Source of the DNA: Paragordius varius
Taxonomy: Eukaryota > Animalia > Nematomorpha
Direction of reading: 5' to 3'
DNA length: 64,000 bases
Assembly (NCBI GenBank): GCA_964247055.1
Contig: OZ176053.1
Location: 10,788,001 to 10,852,000 of the forward strand
Below are positions 15,001 through 38,661 of the stretch, one piece after another (positions within the stretch are counted from its first letter, which is position 1; each line of letters opens with the position of its first letter). The position numbers were made by a program, and so were the translations under genes. Under the pieces are notes generated by a model. That model worked only from the letters and a program-made list of their open reading frames with translations, was not told the origin of the DNA and did no database searches.

Positions 15001-15606
15001 AGGAGACCTGCTTTCATAAAACAATAATTAAAATGCTATGCTAATTACATCATGATAAATGCTGGGATAATTCAACGGAAAAAATAATTCGCAAATATCA
15101 TCTGCGTTTGTGGTGCTTTTCAGTTTTCCGGTAGCTATCGACTATAAAAACATTAAATTATGCGAAAAAAAAATTATCACATAAATTATTTTAACATACC
15201 AAGTTATAAAGTGACAAAAGAAATGATTCCAATTTCGTAAATATCTAAATTATAACAACAATTCACTTCGAATTCGTAACCCTTAAGCAAGGAATGTTCT
15301 TTAAGATAAGAATGAATAAGTGTTGGTATGAATTGTACCGTAAATAATTGAAGTTTATAATTGTCAGAACGATAAAAATCGTAAAGTTGGTGATATATTG
15401 GATCAAATTCCTGTACAATCAAGGTAAAAAGTACCTGATGCCTAGGGTTATTTAAAATTTGAAATATTTCGTCTATAATAGTGTCTTTTTGATATATTTC
15501 ACGGGCAAATGCTTCAATATCTTCTTTTTTCAACGACTATTATTTTAGCATAAAGTTATACCTTATATTTAGCTAACCAGGTTTTAACAGAATATGGATT
15601 ATGCAT
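9070..15606 (-). CDS. FAM126A: Hyccin / FAM126 family protein (PI4KIIIalpha-TTC7 complex subunit), exons 1-13
   Basis: Exons 15562-15606, 15435-15536, 15267-15410, 15200-15244, 15049-15141, 14226-14410, 12253-12348, 11788-11946, 11582-11669, 10763-10906, 10260-10458, 9930-10030, 9070-9370. Translation has family motifs TWLAKYK, FDPIYHQLYDFYRS, FTVQFIPTLIHSYL, LESFLLSLYNL, YPSIYHD, VNSENR, YNGASELALDALEAI and SKNAITNATFKLQKLP (compare human [46 protein letters not shown]). If the donor at 9069 is not used, the frame stops at 9065. Confidence 0.93.
14665..14820. repeat. 78-bp tandem duplication in an intron
   Basis: CTCCAT...ATCCATATAAAATT(A/G)GCAGAATAA...AAGCTA starts at 14665 and again at 14743. 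Confidence 0.8.
15245..15266 (-). other. 22-nt GT-AG intron (hyccin intron 3)
   Basis: GTGAATTGTTGTTATAATTTAG. Removing it shifts the frame from a non-homologous stop-ending peptide to EFE-IFTKLESFLLSLYNL, which ends at a strong GTATGT donor. Confidence 0.85.
15411..15434 (-). other. 24-nt in-frame GT-AG intron (hyccin intron 2)
   Basis: CAG|GTACTTTTTACCTTGATTGTACAG|GAA. Removal gives IFQILNNPRHQEFDPIYHQL, a gap-free match to the recalled human [20 protein letters not shown]. Confidence 0.75.
15537..15561 (-). other. 25-nt GT-AG intron (hyccin intron 1)
   Basis: AAG|GTATAACTTTATGCTAAAATAATAG|TCG. Read-through from MHNPYSVKTWLAKYK hits TAA at the second codon, and the next three AGs are out of phase. 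Confidence 0.88.
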
Positions 15607-16063
15607 CAAAAGTGATAAATATTATCCGTTTTGACTTCCATGCCTAAGGTCGCTAATGTTTAAAGTTGCGATCATATGGATAAAGTATGTTAGTTTGACT
15701 GTATGCAACCATGACGTACATTGGATCTGACGGTATTTTTTTTTCATTTTATCATTTTAGGTAGAATCCATGACAATCCAAATATGTTTTCATGGACATA
15801 TGTGTTAAGAGCTTTCAAAAATATATATGCCTTTTTGGCTGCATTGTAAGATTATTTATTTAATATAATTGTAGTTTTGAATCTCTTTTTGGGGTACATT
15901 TATTTTTAAAAAATAGCCTTTAATCAATAGTTCAAAACCTAAAAGAAAACCAAATTCACAAGACTATAGAGATCATGGGTCTGGGTAATTATTTTATATA
16001 ATTTTTTAGTCCATCATCCCCCGGGAATAGAAGATCAAATATAGCAACAATAAGAAGATTTGG

Positions 16064-16096
<33 letters not shown>
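16064..16096. repeat. Interrupted (TA)n microsatellite
   Basis: Direct reading; further TA tracts near 16365-16390, 22970-22997 and 56950-56972. Confidence 0.9.
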
Positions 16097-17573
16097 GTAG
16101 TATTCTCATATAAAGTACACCATGTATCAAAATTAGGCGGAAAATATATGGCCTTTTATCCGCAACTTAAAATTAAATTTTTATAAAATTATTTAAAAAT
16201 TAAATGAGGCCTAACAATATAGTCATTCACATAATTATTAAAATTATATTAAATTTATATTTTAACAATAAAATAATTAGTGGCCAATTTTTAAATAAAA
16301 ACGGTCAAAAATTCTGAATCATGTTATTTCATACCCCTCTCAGTGGATGCCAAAAAAATATTTATATATATATATATATATATAATATATAATTAATATT
16401 TAACAATATTTTACTATTTAAACAAAATTTAAATATTGTACGTCCTGTAAAAATGCTCACAAAAATTAGATACTTTGTGGGAAGGAATATGTAAAAAGCG
16501 TAAAAGTGCATGATAATCAGCGGCTAATTAGTTTATACCGCTGTTTAAATAATACTAATTGTAAATTATTAAACCATTATAACTTTTTTATCTCTTGTAA
16601 GACTTTTTGTATTTTATTTTTAGGTGGGGCTTCGTGTCCCCCAATGTCTGGAGGTGGATGAGGTTAAAGAAAACTGGATCCTTAATTTTTCGTCTCTTTT
16701 ATGAAGTTATATGGGAAACCTAAATCCATATAATGGAAGCATGAGACACTTTATATACATATATTTATTGGTTGCAATGTTTTCTAATTATATTACATTC
16801 AATAAAGTTTATCTAATTATTAAAATAAAAAATAAAATATTTTCATATGATATAGCTATAGATATACAACGCGACAGTGTTTTGTCCCTTGATAAATTAA
16901 TGGATTTAAGGCATTAATAAAATATTGTTTTATAGTATGTATTAGAAGAAGGTTTCATGGCACTTTTATGTAATATTCTATAAAATTGGTGGTTTTCGTT
17001 GATTGTGAATTAGTTCTGATCGAATAAAAACTTTTAAACTGACTTTTTGCGTAAAATATTCGACAAATATTAAATTAAATGGCAATGTATAAATATCTTT
17101 AACGGGCATAATTATTTAGCTATTAAAAAAAGCCTAGCACGCTTAAGTAATAATTTTTTGAATTTTTTTTGTAAAAGTGAGTCGGTACGAAAGACCAATA
17201 TAGCTAAAAATTACATTTAATTTTGTAAAGGGCTTAAAACTCATCTTTAAAAATTGGAACCCATTTTGATTCATAAATGGTAGATATAGATGATTTTATC
17301 CCTTTATTTTGAATGCTGACAAATGATTCTTATATCTCCAAGAAATATGAATTCTTTGATTTTGTGTAAGCAGAGTACTTGCACATGCAATTATGAATAT
17401 ATATTGTGATTTAAAAAGTGCGTTGTTGTGACTTATTCGTAACCAAAAATACATTGTTTCTAACTAGAATATAAACACCGATGCTTAAAGAATTAAAAAT
17501 TTTACAAAAAATAATATTTTTTATCCTCAGTGGAAGATGTAAATTACATCAACTTAAGTTATTTAAATTTTAA

Positions 17574-18696
17574 CTAGCTGGCCCTGTAACGCTTCGATGT
17601 GACATAGGCTCACCGATAATTTTTATATTTATAAAAATGAAAAATGCTGGCTTTGTGATCTGGTACAGGAAAACCGGTAGACCCATTCAAATCCAAACTT
17701 CGAAAAAATATAATCATTATTGAATGCCCCGACAATAGCTTCGCCCTTTTTTTGAAAAAGGCTCCCAGTTCGGGCCCACCCCGTGTGAAAAACGGGTTTT
17801 TTTGAAAACAGAGGTTTACAAAAATCGTGTCTTTGAGACAATTTTCCGGAGAAGGTGTTGGACCATTCAATTTCAAATATGATTTTTGTTTACTTATTTT
17901 CGATCGCGCCGAACATAGTCGAGTCACTTATTTTGATTTAGGCCCTCTTCCCGCTACCCCCGTAAAATGCCATTTTTTTCAAAAAACAAAGTCCACAAAA
18001 ATAATTTTTAAAAATCTATTTTTCGCCCTAGGTATGAGACCGTAAAAATTCAATATGGATTCCACGTATTCCCTGTTAAAAAGCAAAAATTTTAGTCAGG
18101 CGTTTCTTTGATGATAGCTGCTGGGTAAGGAGTTACCCGCTAAAAACTGCTTCCTCCTGTAACTTTGTGATCTGTTTCCGGAAAACCGGTGAACCCAATC
18201 AACAAATATCGAAAAAATACAATCATTGATGAATGCCCCGACAATAGCTTCGCCCTCTTTTGGAATTAGGTCCCCAGTTCGGGCCCACCCCGTGTGAAAA
18301 ATGCGTTAAGTCAATTTTTTGGAGAACGTGTTGGACCATTCAATTTCAGATATGATTTTTGTTTACTTATTTTTGATCGCGCTGAACATAGTCGACTCAC
18401 TTTTTTGATTAAGGCCCTCTTTTTACCCGCTCCCCCCGTAAAATGCCATTTTTTTCAAAAAACAAAGTCCACAAAAATAATTTTTTTAAAAATTTATTTT
18501 TCGCCCTGGGTATGAGACCGTAAAAATTCTATATGAATTCCACGTATTCCCTGTTAAAAGGCAAAAATTTTAGTCAGGCGTTTCTTTGATGATAGCTGCT
18601 GAGTAAGGAGTTTCTATCATATGTATAAATATTTTTTTAAATCTATTTTTCCCTCAAGTAAACAATCAATGTATGAATGCACCGTTTCCTATGAGA
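17574..18696 (-). mobile_element. Non-autonomous Helitron-like element with internal tandem duplication
   Basis: Minus-strand 3' end: imperfect hairpin (plus-strand TGTAACGC-TTC-GATGTGACA, 17585-17604), then AGGGCCAG-CTAG|T at 17574. The interior holds two diverged copies (about 17650-18132 and 18162-18610). The 5' TC end is tentative (18696). Confidence 0.55.
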
Positions 18697-19009
18697 TCAT
18701 AGCTATTAAATAATGTTTCGAAATAATCCACATATGTGGATCATTTTATTGTCCCTTTTTTCAAATAACCCCCCCCTCCCCAAGAAGTCCGAAGGACTTC
18801 CTCGGGCTGCGTGGCTCAAATATTGTTTACTTGAAATTGACAATATTTAAACTGTCCCTTATGAAAGTTAATATTCAATTATCATTGGATTTAATTTAAA
18901 TTTTTGTTTTACGAAATTATAGTTAAAAGTTTTATTTTGAAATTGTGTTCACAGGATGGGATATAAAAAGTAACTTATTTTTGGTCCCTTTTTAAAAGAA
19001 AGAATGATA

Positions 19010-20728
19010 TACAAATTCGTCAGAAATGTGTTTAACTGAACTCGTATGTCTTCTTAAGTTTTTTAATCAGCTCCAAAACCACACCATTTTTGTATGGCGT
19101 TTCAGTTTTAAACCGGTAGACCCCTACCCATAGACTTATATGGAAAAAGCGCTGAGTTAAATTTGTTATAGGGCAAATATTTGGAATCATTTTTGATACC
19201 ATCGTCTCATAGGTTATTCGAAAAAATACCTTAACACTAAAAAATCGTTATATGATGGCGTTATTTTAGGGGCATAAAGGCCCCAAATTAACGGCTGATT
19301 AAAAAACGCCTGACCTTTTTGTAGTTACGGGTAATATTTCAAGCTTTAAACTCATATGGCTTCATAAATTTTCTGTAAATTAGCTCCAAAACAACGCAAT
19401 TTTATATAGCAGCGCAGTTTTTCGGGTAGCCCCTTACCCTGCAGGTATAAAAAATGCGTTGAGCAAAATTGTATATGGGGAATATCTGGAATTAATATGG
19501 ATTCCATATGTTCCTATCAGAGACATAGGTTTTCTGAAATTTGGCTCCAAAGGCCTGCTGTATCGATATGGTGTAGCAGTTTTATGCGGGTAACCCCCTA
19601 ACCACGGGCGAAACAAAAAACGCTCGATTAAAGTTTTTGTTTTAATTCGGGTAATACGTGGAATCATGACTAATTCTCGTGGGATTTTCGAAAAATTGCG
19701 TAAAACGCATTGTATGGTGGCCCATTTCTCAGATCAAGGGCTTAATTAAGAGGTAATTTAATAAAACCGCTCTACTTAAATTTTTACCGTTTTACGGGTA
19801 ATATTTCAAGCCCTTATTGAACTCATATGGCCTGATAAATTTTAATTTGGCTCCAAAGGCGTGCTGTATCGATATAGTGGCGCAGTGTTGGCGGGTAGCC
19901 CCTACCCAGACGCCAATATCAAAAAGAGTTCGATAAAATTTTTGCCTTTATATGGGAATATCTGGAATCATCATTCATTCCATATGTTCTTAATAGTTCA
20001 TGAATTAATGGCTTCAAAACTAAATAATAGTTCAATGATAGCCCATTTTTTAGGGCGTAAAAGACTATTTAACCGATTTAAAAAAACCGCTCGACTTATT
20101 TACTTTTTTACGGGTAATATTTCAGGCCCTTTTAAAACTTATATGGCCTGATTTTGTGAAAATTAACTCCTAAACAACGCAATTTTGATATGGTGGCGCA
20201 GTTTCAGGCGGTTAGCTCCCCACCCAGAGTTTAAAAAAAGGCGCTTGATTAAAATTTTTGCCTTTTTACAGAGAATACCTGGAATCTTGATTGATTCTAT
20301 ATGCTCTCATTAGTTTTTTGAAATCGAAATTAATAAATCATTCTATGGTGGCGCATTTTTCAGGGCCTGAAAGGTCTAATTAACGGCTAATTTAAAAAAA
20401 CCGCACGATCTAAATTTTTGTCTTGTTACGGGTAATATTTTAAGCAGCTATTGAACTCATATGGCCTGATAGGTTTTCTGGAATTTAGCCCCAAAGGCAC
20501 GCTATTTTGATATGACGGGTCAGTTTTTAGGGGGTATCTCCTTACCCAGCAGCTATCATCAAAGAAACGCTTGACTAAAATTTTTGCCTTTTAACAGGAA
20601 ATACCTGAAATCCTTATTGAATTTTTAAGGTCTCGTTATTTGGGCGAAAAATAGATTCAAAATATTTTTTTGTAGCGGAGGGCATGCCTGCTGGGCGCGT
20701 TGTAAGCCCCTGGTATGAGGGCACGACT
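19010..20728 (+). repeat. Diverged satellite array (monomer about 157 bp, dimer about 315 bp) ending in a Helitron-like 3' terminus
   Basis: TTACGGGTAATATTT recurs at about 19325, 19792, 20109 and 20427; GCTCCAAA-like motifs at about 19070, 19383, 19545, 19850, 20165 and 20488. It ends in GCCCC-TGGTATG-AGGGC then ACGA-CTAA. Segment 20521-20670 is the reverse complement of about 18000-18149. Confidence 0.8.
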
Positions 20729-21084
20729 AAAATTTATTTATCATAAGAATACAAATATCGTTCGAATACTGGGCTAAAATTTAATTAGTTGAAATATTAA
20801 CCAAAGTTAATTATTAACATAATTATATGCGTAGGATTATGTACGAAATAATACCAGTAAAAAATTTAAATATTATTTGGAATGTATGGAATTCTAATAT
20901 TACATTAGTAAAATGAATATTTTAAAATTTTGCTCTTACCAAAAACAAAAACATCGCATATTTGATCCAAAAATAAAAATAGAGGAGATACATCAACTAA
21001 ATTTATGTTATGAAAAATATACTAAATGCTATGATTTAGTATTTTGTGTGTTTAATGAAATTTTAACAAATTGCAAGTAATTAA

Positions 21085-21634
21085 CACTTCGATTCAAATT
21101 GGGGTATCTAAATACCCCAGACTAAATTTGAGTTAGAATTTTTTTAAAACTACTGAAGAAAACGGTCCCAATTTAAATTTGTGCTTCTATCCTAATCAAA
21201 ATTATATAAATATGCCAAAATATCTAAATAAAAATTTTGTTTTGAAAAAAAATTCCATGTCATACTACTTCGACGCCATTTTTATTTTACAAAATTTTAG
21301 TAAAATATGGTCTTCAATTAATTTTAAGGGTAAAATTAAGGCTAATTTTTTATTTATTACATCCAACATTGATAGAAATAGAAAAAGCTGTTTATTTTGT
21401 ATTATTTTTTAATTTTACCATTGCACGCATGACAAGTTAACTAAATTTTTACCTTTCGGTTTCAGCTTAAAATAAGTAATATCAAGTATTTTTGAATAAA
21501 TTTTTTTATATATTTCGGTTTATTTATGTTATATAAGTGTAAGATTTTGCTATGGTTTCGATACCTTACATATTTTTTAAAGTATTTAACTTTAAACAGA
21601 CCTGGGGTATTTAACCCCATTATGAATCGAAGGA
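21085..21634. mobile_element. piggyBac-like MITE
   Basis: TTAA|CACTTCGATTCAAATTGGGGTATCTAAATACCCCAG at the left; the right end reverse-complements to TCCTTCGATTCATAATGGGGTTAAATACCCCAG and is flanked by CTAA (degenerate TTAA). Confidence 0.6.
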
Positions 21635-23082
21635 CTAAAATGAATGTGTTGTATCCAAGTGTTAAAAAAATAAAATTTGTAAATACTCATCTTTTTCAAG
21701 GCCACTATCATCTTTAAACACAAACTAATGCGCTTTAAAACAGTTTTTTTACTAGAGAAGGCTGTGCGGTATATACCCCAATTTGCCCATGGACAAAAAC
21801 GAAACGGTTGAGGTAGCTAGTCCATTTTATGAGGGTAAACATTTTAGAGCCCACATCTTAAAATTAAAATTTCTTGTTCTTTTTTATATGTAGTTTATAA
21901 TATTTTTTAACTTTTTATGAATTTTTTAACAAAAATTTAATTGAACGAATTGTGCGCAATTGTTATGAAATTGAGAAGTTAGGGCAAAAATGTAAATACG
22001 TTTTTTAAATCAACCAAAGTTACAATGATAATCCTGATGCATTTTAACAAACATGATATATATTCATACCCACTGATATCTTTTGCAGTGTAATATATTT
22101 GATAATTCATATCATTATATTGTATTTATATTACTATTTCAAACTTACGAATTCGGAACTATTTTAGCCCCTCTAAAACTATATATTTGGATTTTAAATA
22201 GTAATATATTCTATGGTAATAATTAAGAGAGAAAATTTTTTCACCAATTTCACAATTTCGCGACTTTCTGTTATGGACAAATTACCCTAAATGTGTTAAC
22301 TTTCTCTCAATCGTAAGGCTCAAATATTACCATTTCTACTAAATTTTTGTCCTGAAAATATATCATCAGAATATTTTTCATACCCCGACTTTGTGTGATA
22401 TTATTTTGTCTAATTTAAAATCATATTTTGGCCAAAAAAATTTCTAATTACTCTGGTAAAAAAATAAAAATATGTCCATATAAATATAAGGTAATAAAAG
22501 GTTTATCCAATAAGCTCAGTATCTAAGATTTTATTATAAACTAATACACCTTGTTCACCAATATTATAACCAAGTACATGTTTATAATTTATTAATGACC
22601 TAAGATACTGTATAATGTATTTGTTAAAAATCGCTTCAATTTTTTATAAAAGCATCATTTAGTTCAATCATGTGTTTTACACATGAATCAAGTGTCAATA
22701 GTCAATACTTTGGACTTTTATTTTACGGAAAATTAGTGAATTCTTTTGTACTTTTACTTGGTTACAATACGAAAAAATTATCGGTAAAATTATTTATTAC
22801 TAATATTACGCAATAAATAAATTGGTTCATCATTTTGTTCCCAATAAATATGTTTAAACCTAACCATGTTAATTAACATCGTATTATTTCTATTAATTTT
22901 TTTGCGTTTCGATCGATAAATATAACATAAAAAATTAATAATTAATTATTAAGACCGTTTTTCATTAATATATATATAATATATATATATATATATTTAA
23001 TCTTGTATATGTTTATGTAGCTCCTTACATTTCCATGATTCCCGAAACACCGTTTAGTTAACGTCACTACCAATAAATAATA

Positions 23083-35827
<12,745 letters not shown>

Positions 35828-37028
35828 AGCCTTCCTCAAAAATCCAATAATTAGATTAATTAATGGAAGATTAATAATAGTTGATTTTAACACAATTAAA
35901 ATGAGTGATTGGGTGATTGCAACCTAAATGCCGACAGCAAAGCAAACTTACATTCTGTAAAATTTGATATATTGCATTTTGAATATCCAAGTTTTAATTT
36001 ATTCGCTCACATTTTTATATTTACTTAATATATGTCCCTAAATGATTATTCAATATCACAAATATAATTATTATTGTAATATGTGAAATTAGACTATTTT
36101 TATAATTAACGTACATTAGCTTATTTGCTTTGTATATCTTATATACTTTCTTTTCATTCACTAAGTAATGTTTGATATGTTTATAACACATTGTATTGCC
36201 AAATGCAACCACATATTTTTTGATAACCAGTTTTAATCAATCATATATGTTTTAAAGCTTTTAACTCGGATTTTTTAGCCCACCATATAAAACACAAATA
36301 GTTTTTTTTACTACTGTGAACATCACTTTACCATACAATAAATATATTTAATATAGTAGATCTCCAGGATAAATAAGAAGGATATTTCCGATATTTGTCA
36401 TTCGGTTTGTAGCAGGAGTTTTGCACCTCTATATAAACCATTTACAATTCTAATTTACCCTTGGACATTTAAATTCCCCCTAAAAATAATTTTTGTGTTT
36501 TTTGGCTAGTATATTTTATGATTACTATTAAATATATTTTTACGGCATAGTTTCTTATATTTTCAGCATTATATTAAGTTTATATAGAATATTATATTTT
36601 AAAAATATTAAATAATAAAGGTAGTTAATCTTAAAAACATATAATTTATATCAGGGTGAATTTGAATTGTTCAAGAAAGGATTTGACTGGTATATGTAAA
36701 TTACTTATTCGTAATGAGTTAGTTTTATTATAGAGCGAAACGTTTATATAATAATGAATGTTTTTCAGCATAATGAACCGTCGAATGTATCTAAAATATG
36801 ATTTTTAAAAAATGTTAACCCTATAATATCATAGCTCTTTTATCTATAAGGGAACATTTTGATAAAAAATATTATCTAAAAAGATAGGGTCTCCTATTAA
36901 CTTTATTATTAACATCACTAAAAATGAGAATTCTCAAATAAATCCATTATTTAAAATAAATCTTAAACGCAAGCTATATAATTTCACCCAAAGTATCTGA
37001 TTGATATTATGATTTATACACAAATTTA

Positions 37029-38661
37029 TTAATGTTTATCCGCAATATAATCGTATATGTCATAGTTAAAGATCAAAAAGTCGGCTTGGTATGCATCATA
37101 CCATTGTTTAAGTTCTCTCAAACTCACTTGGGACAAAAGGTCTTGCGTCAAATTTCCCGATCTCATAATGCGTTTTGGCCATTTCAACTAAGGTGATTTT
37201 ATGTCTATAACACCACCACCAACGCCATTTTTAGTTTTCATACCAATGATGTATTCGAGGAACCATTCATAATCCCTGGGTGTGGTTTCAAGCTTTCCAA
37301 TAAAATCATATTGCATAATTGGATTACAAGGATCACATATATCATGGATTGGCATCCAGTGTTTATCTTTATCAGCATTGGGGTACATTTCATAATATGG
37401 ATCATTATTATCGGATAATAACTCATATGGTATCTCATTAACATCAGAAACAGTATTCGCAATATCCTGAGACTCGGAAAGCCAATTGAGAAATTCATTT
37501 AGATGCAAATATTTTCCCGTTTTTAGGGCTAGGGGACTTGGATTAACACGGTATTTAGCGATGATTGGGACACCATATAACATGGGATAATCGATGAGTG
37601 TTAAAGGTTTTACCTGAATAAATTTGCTCCAAAAAGCTGAGATAATCCTTTGCATTGGATCACGGGCCCACATTATTTTGCGGTAATGTTTGAGTATATG
37701 GACCTGGTCAGATTTTGAGTATTGTGTGAGTCGTTTTAATTTACCTACACGGGATACCTTCCACAAATTCAATAAATATTCCTGGTCATGTTGATACAAA
37801 TTGGTTGGGTAAACCAATTCGTCCTTATTTATTAGCTTCCAATTTTGTAAAAAGTTTAGTATAATTTTCCATTGTGTTGATGCAATTTTGGGTACAATGC
37901 AAAAGACGTACGCATTTTCATCATCCACGATAAGGTTTTCAGGGTGACGTGGAATGCTGGTAAAATTTTTGAGATTTCTTGAACGGCGATACTTTTTATA
38001 TTCTTGACTTTGGCACATTTTGTGCATATGATATTTTCGTTCGTTCTGTATTCGTGTGAATAATTGATAATCGTGAGCATCGATTGTGTCTTCTGTAAAT
38101 AAAAATATTTCATACCTTTTAATATAATTTATTTTAGCTCATTTTTACTCAACATAGGATTGTGAAAGTTTAATTGAAATATTTTTTAATAAAATTGGCC
38201 TACTTGTGTTTTGAAAATTACCTAAATTTTAGGAGTATAAAAATGCCATGCTAATTTTTAACAAATATTTACCTACAAAAATGGGGAGAAGAATATATAA
38301 ACGTTTGATCAATATATTAAGATTATCCGAACGACCCATTATCTTTATAGATATAATGAAAACAAAGGTATTTATTGCTATAAATTTGATAAAACGCCAA
38401 ACAAAATTTAATCATATAACGATTAGATTTTTTATTTAATATTTTAAATTATACATTATATGTTAAAACCATGTTGCAAGAAACCATAAAAGATAATTGA
38501 AAGCAAAGTCCAGAATTAGCCAGATAAATCAGGATAATTTTTATTTCAAAAAAATTAAAATTACTTGAAAGAATTCTGGAAACATTGAATATATTTAAAT
38601 GAAATAGCAATGGAATTAACAACAGGGTGGCAAACCAAATAGCATACCACTTTCTAGTCAT
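37029..38661 (-). CDS. Carbohydrate sulfotransferase, CHST11/HNK-1ST (Sulfotransfer_2) family, type II Golgi membrane protein, about 378 aa
   Basis: Exons 38565-38661 (hydrophobic anchor MTRKWYAIWFATLLLIPLLFHL), 37212-38092 and 37029-37187. 5'PSB CIVPKIASTQWK, 3'PB RDPMQRIISAFWSKF, HWMPIHDICDPC, YDFIGKLET, and C-terminal YDAYQADFLIFNY lying downstream of an in-frame TAG at 37188-37190. Confidence 0.9.
37188..37211 (-). other. Probable 24-nt GT-AG intron containing an in-frame TAG
   Basis: GGT|GTTATAGACATAAAATCACCTTAG|TTG AAA TGG CCA (LKWP, compare CHST11 LKFP). A 36-nt alternative donor exists at 37223. Confidence 0.6.

Noticed and set aside
17610-20151. Track ORFs at 17610, 17629, 17827, 18294, 19434 and 19861
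   Set aside because: They fall in the repeat arms, recur as paralogous frames and show no protein motif or splice context.
36340-36480. GC-richer patch between the TAO and sulfotransferase 3' ends
   Set aside because: No RNA fold, ORF or terminal repeats that I could support.
37238-38439. Overlapping ORFs at 37238, 37856 and 38248
   Set aside because: Alternative frames of, or intronic to, the sulfotransferase gene; no independent evidence.
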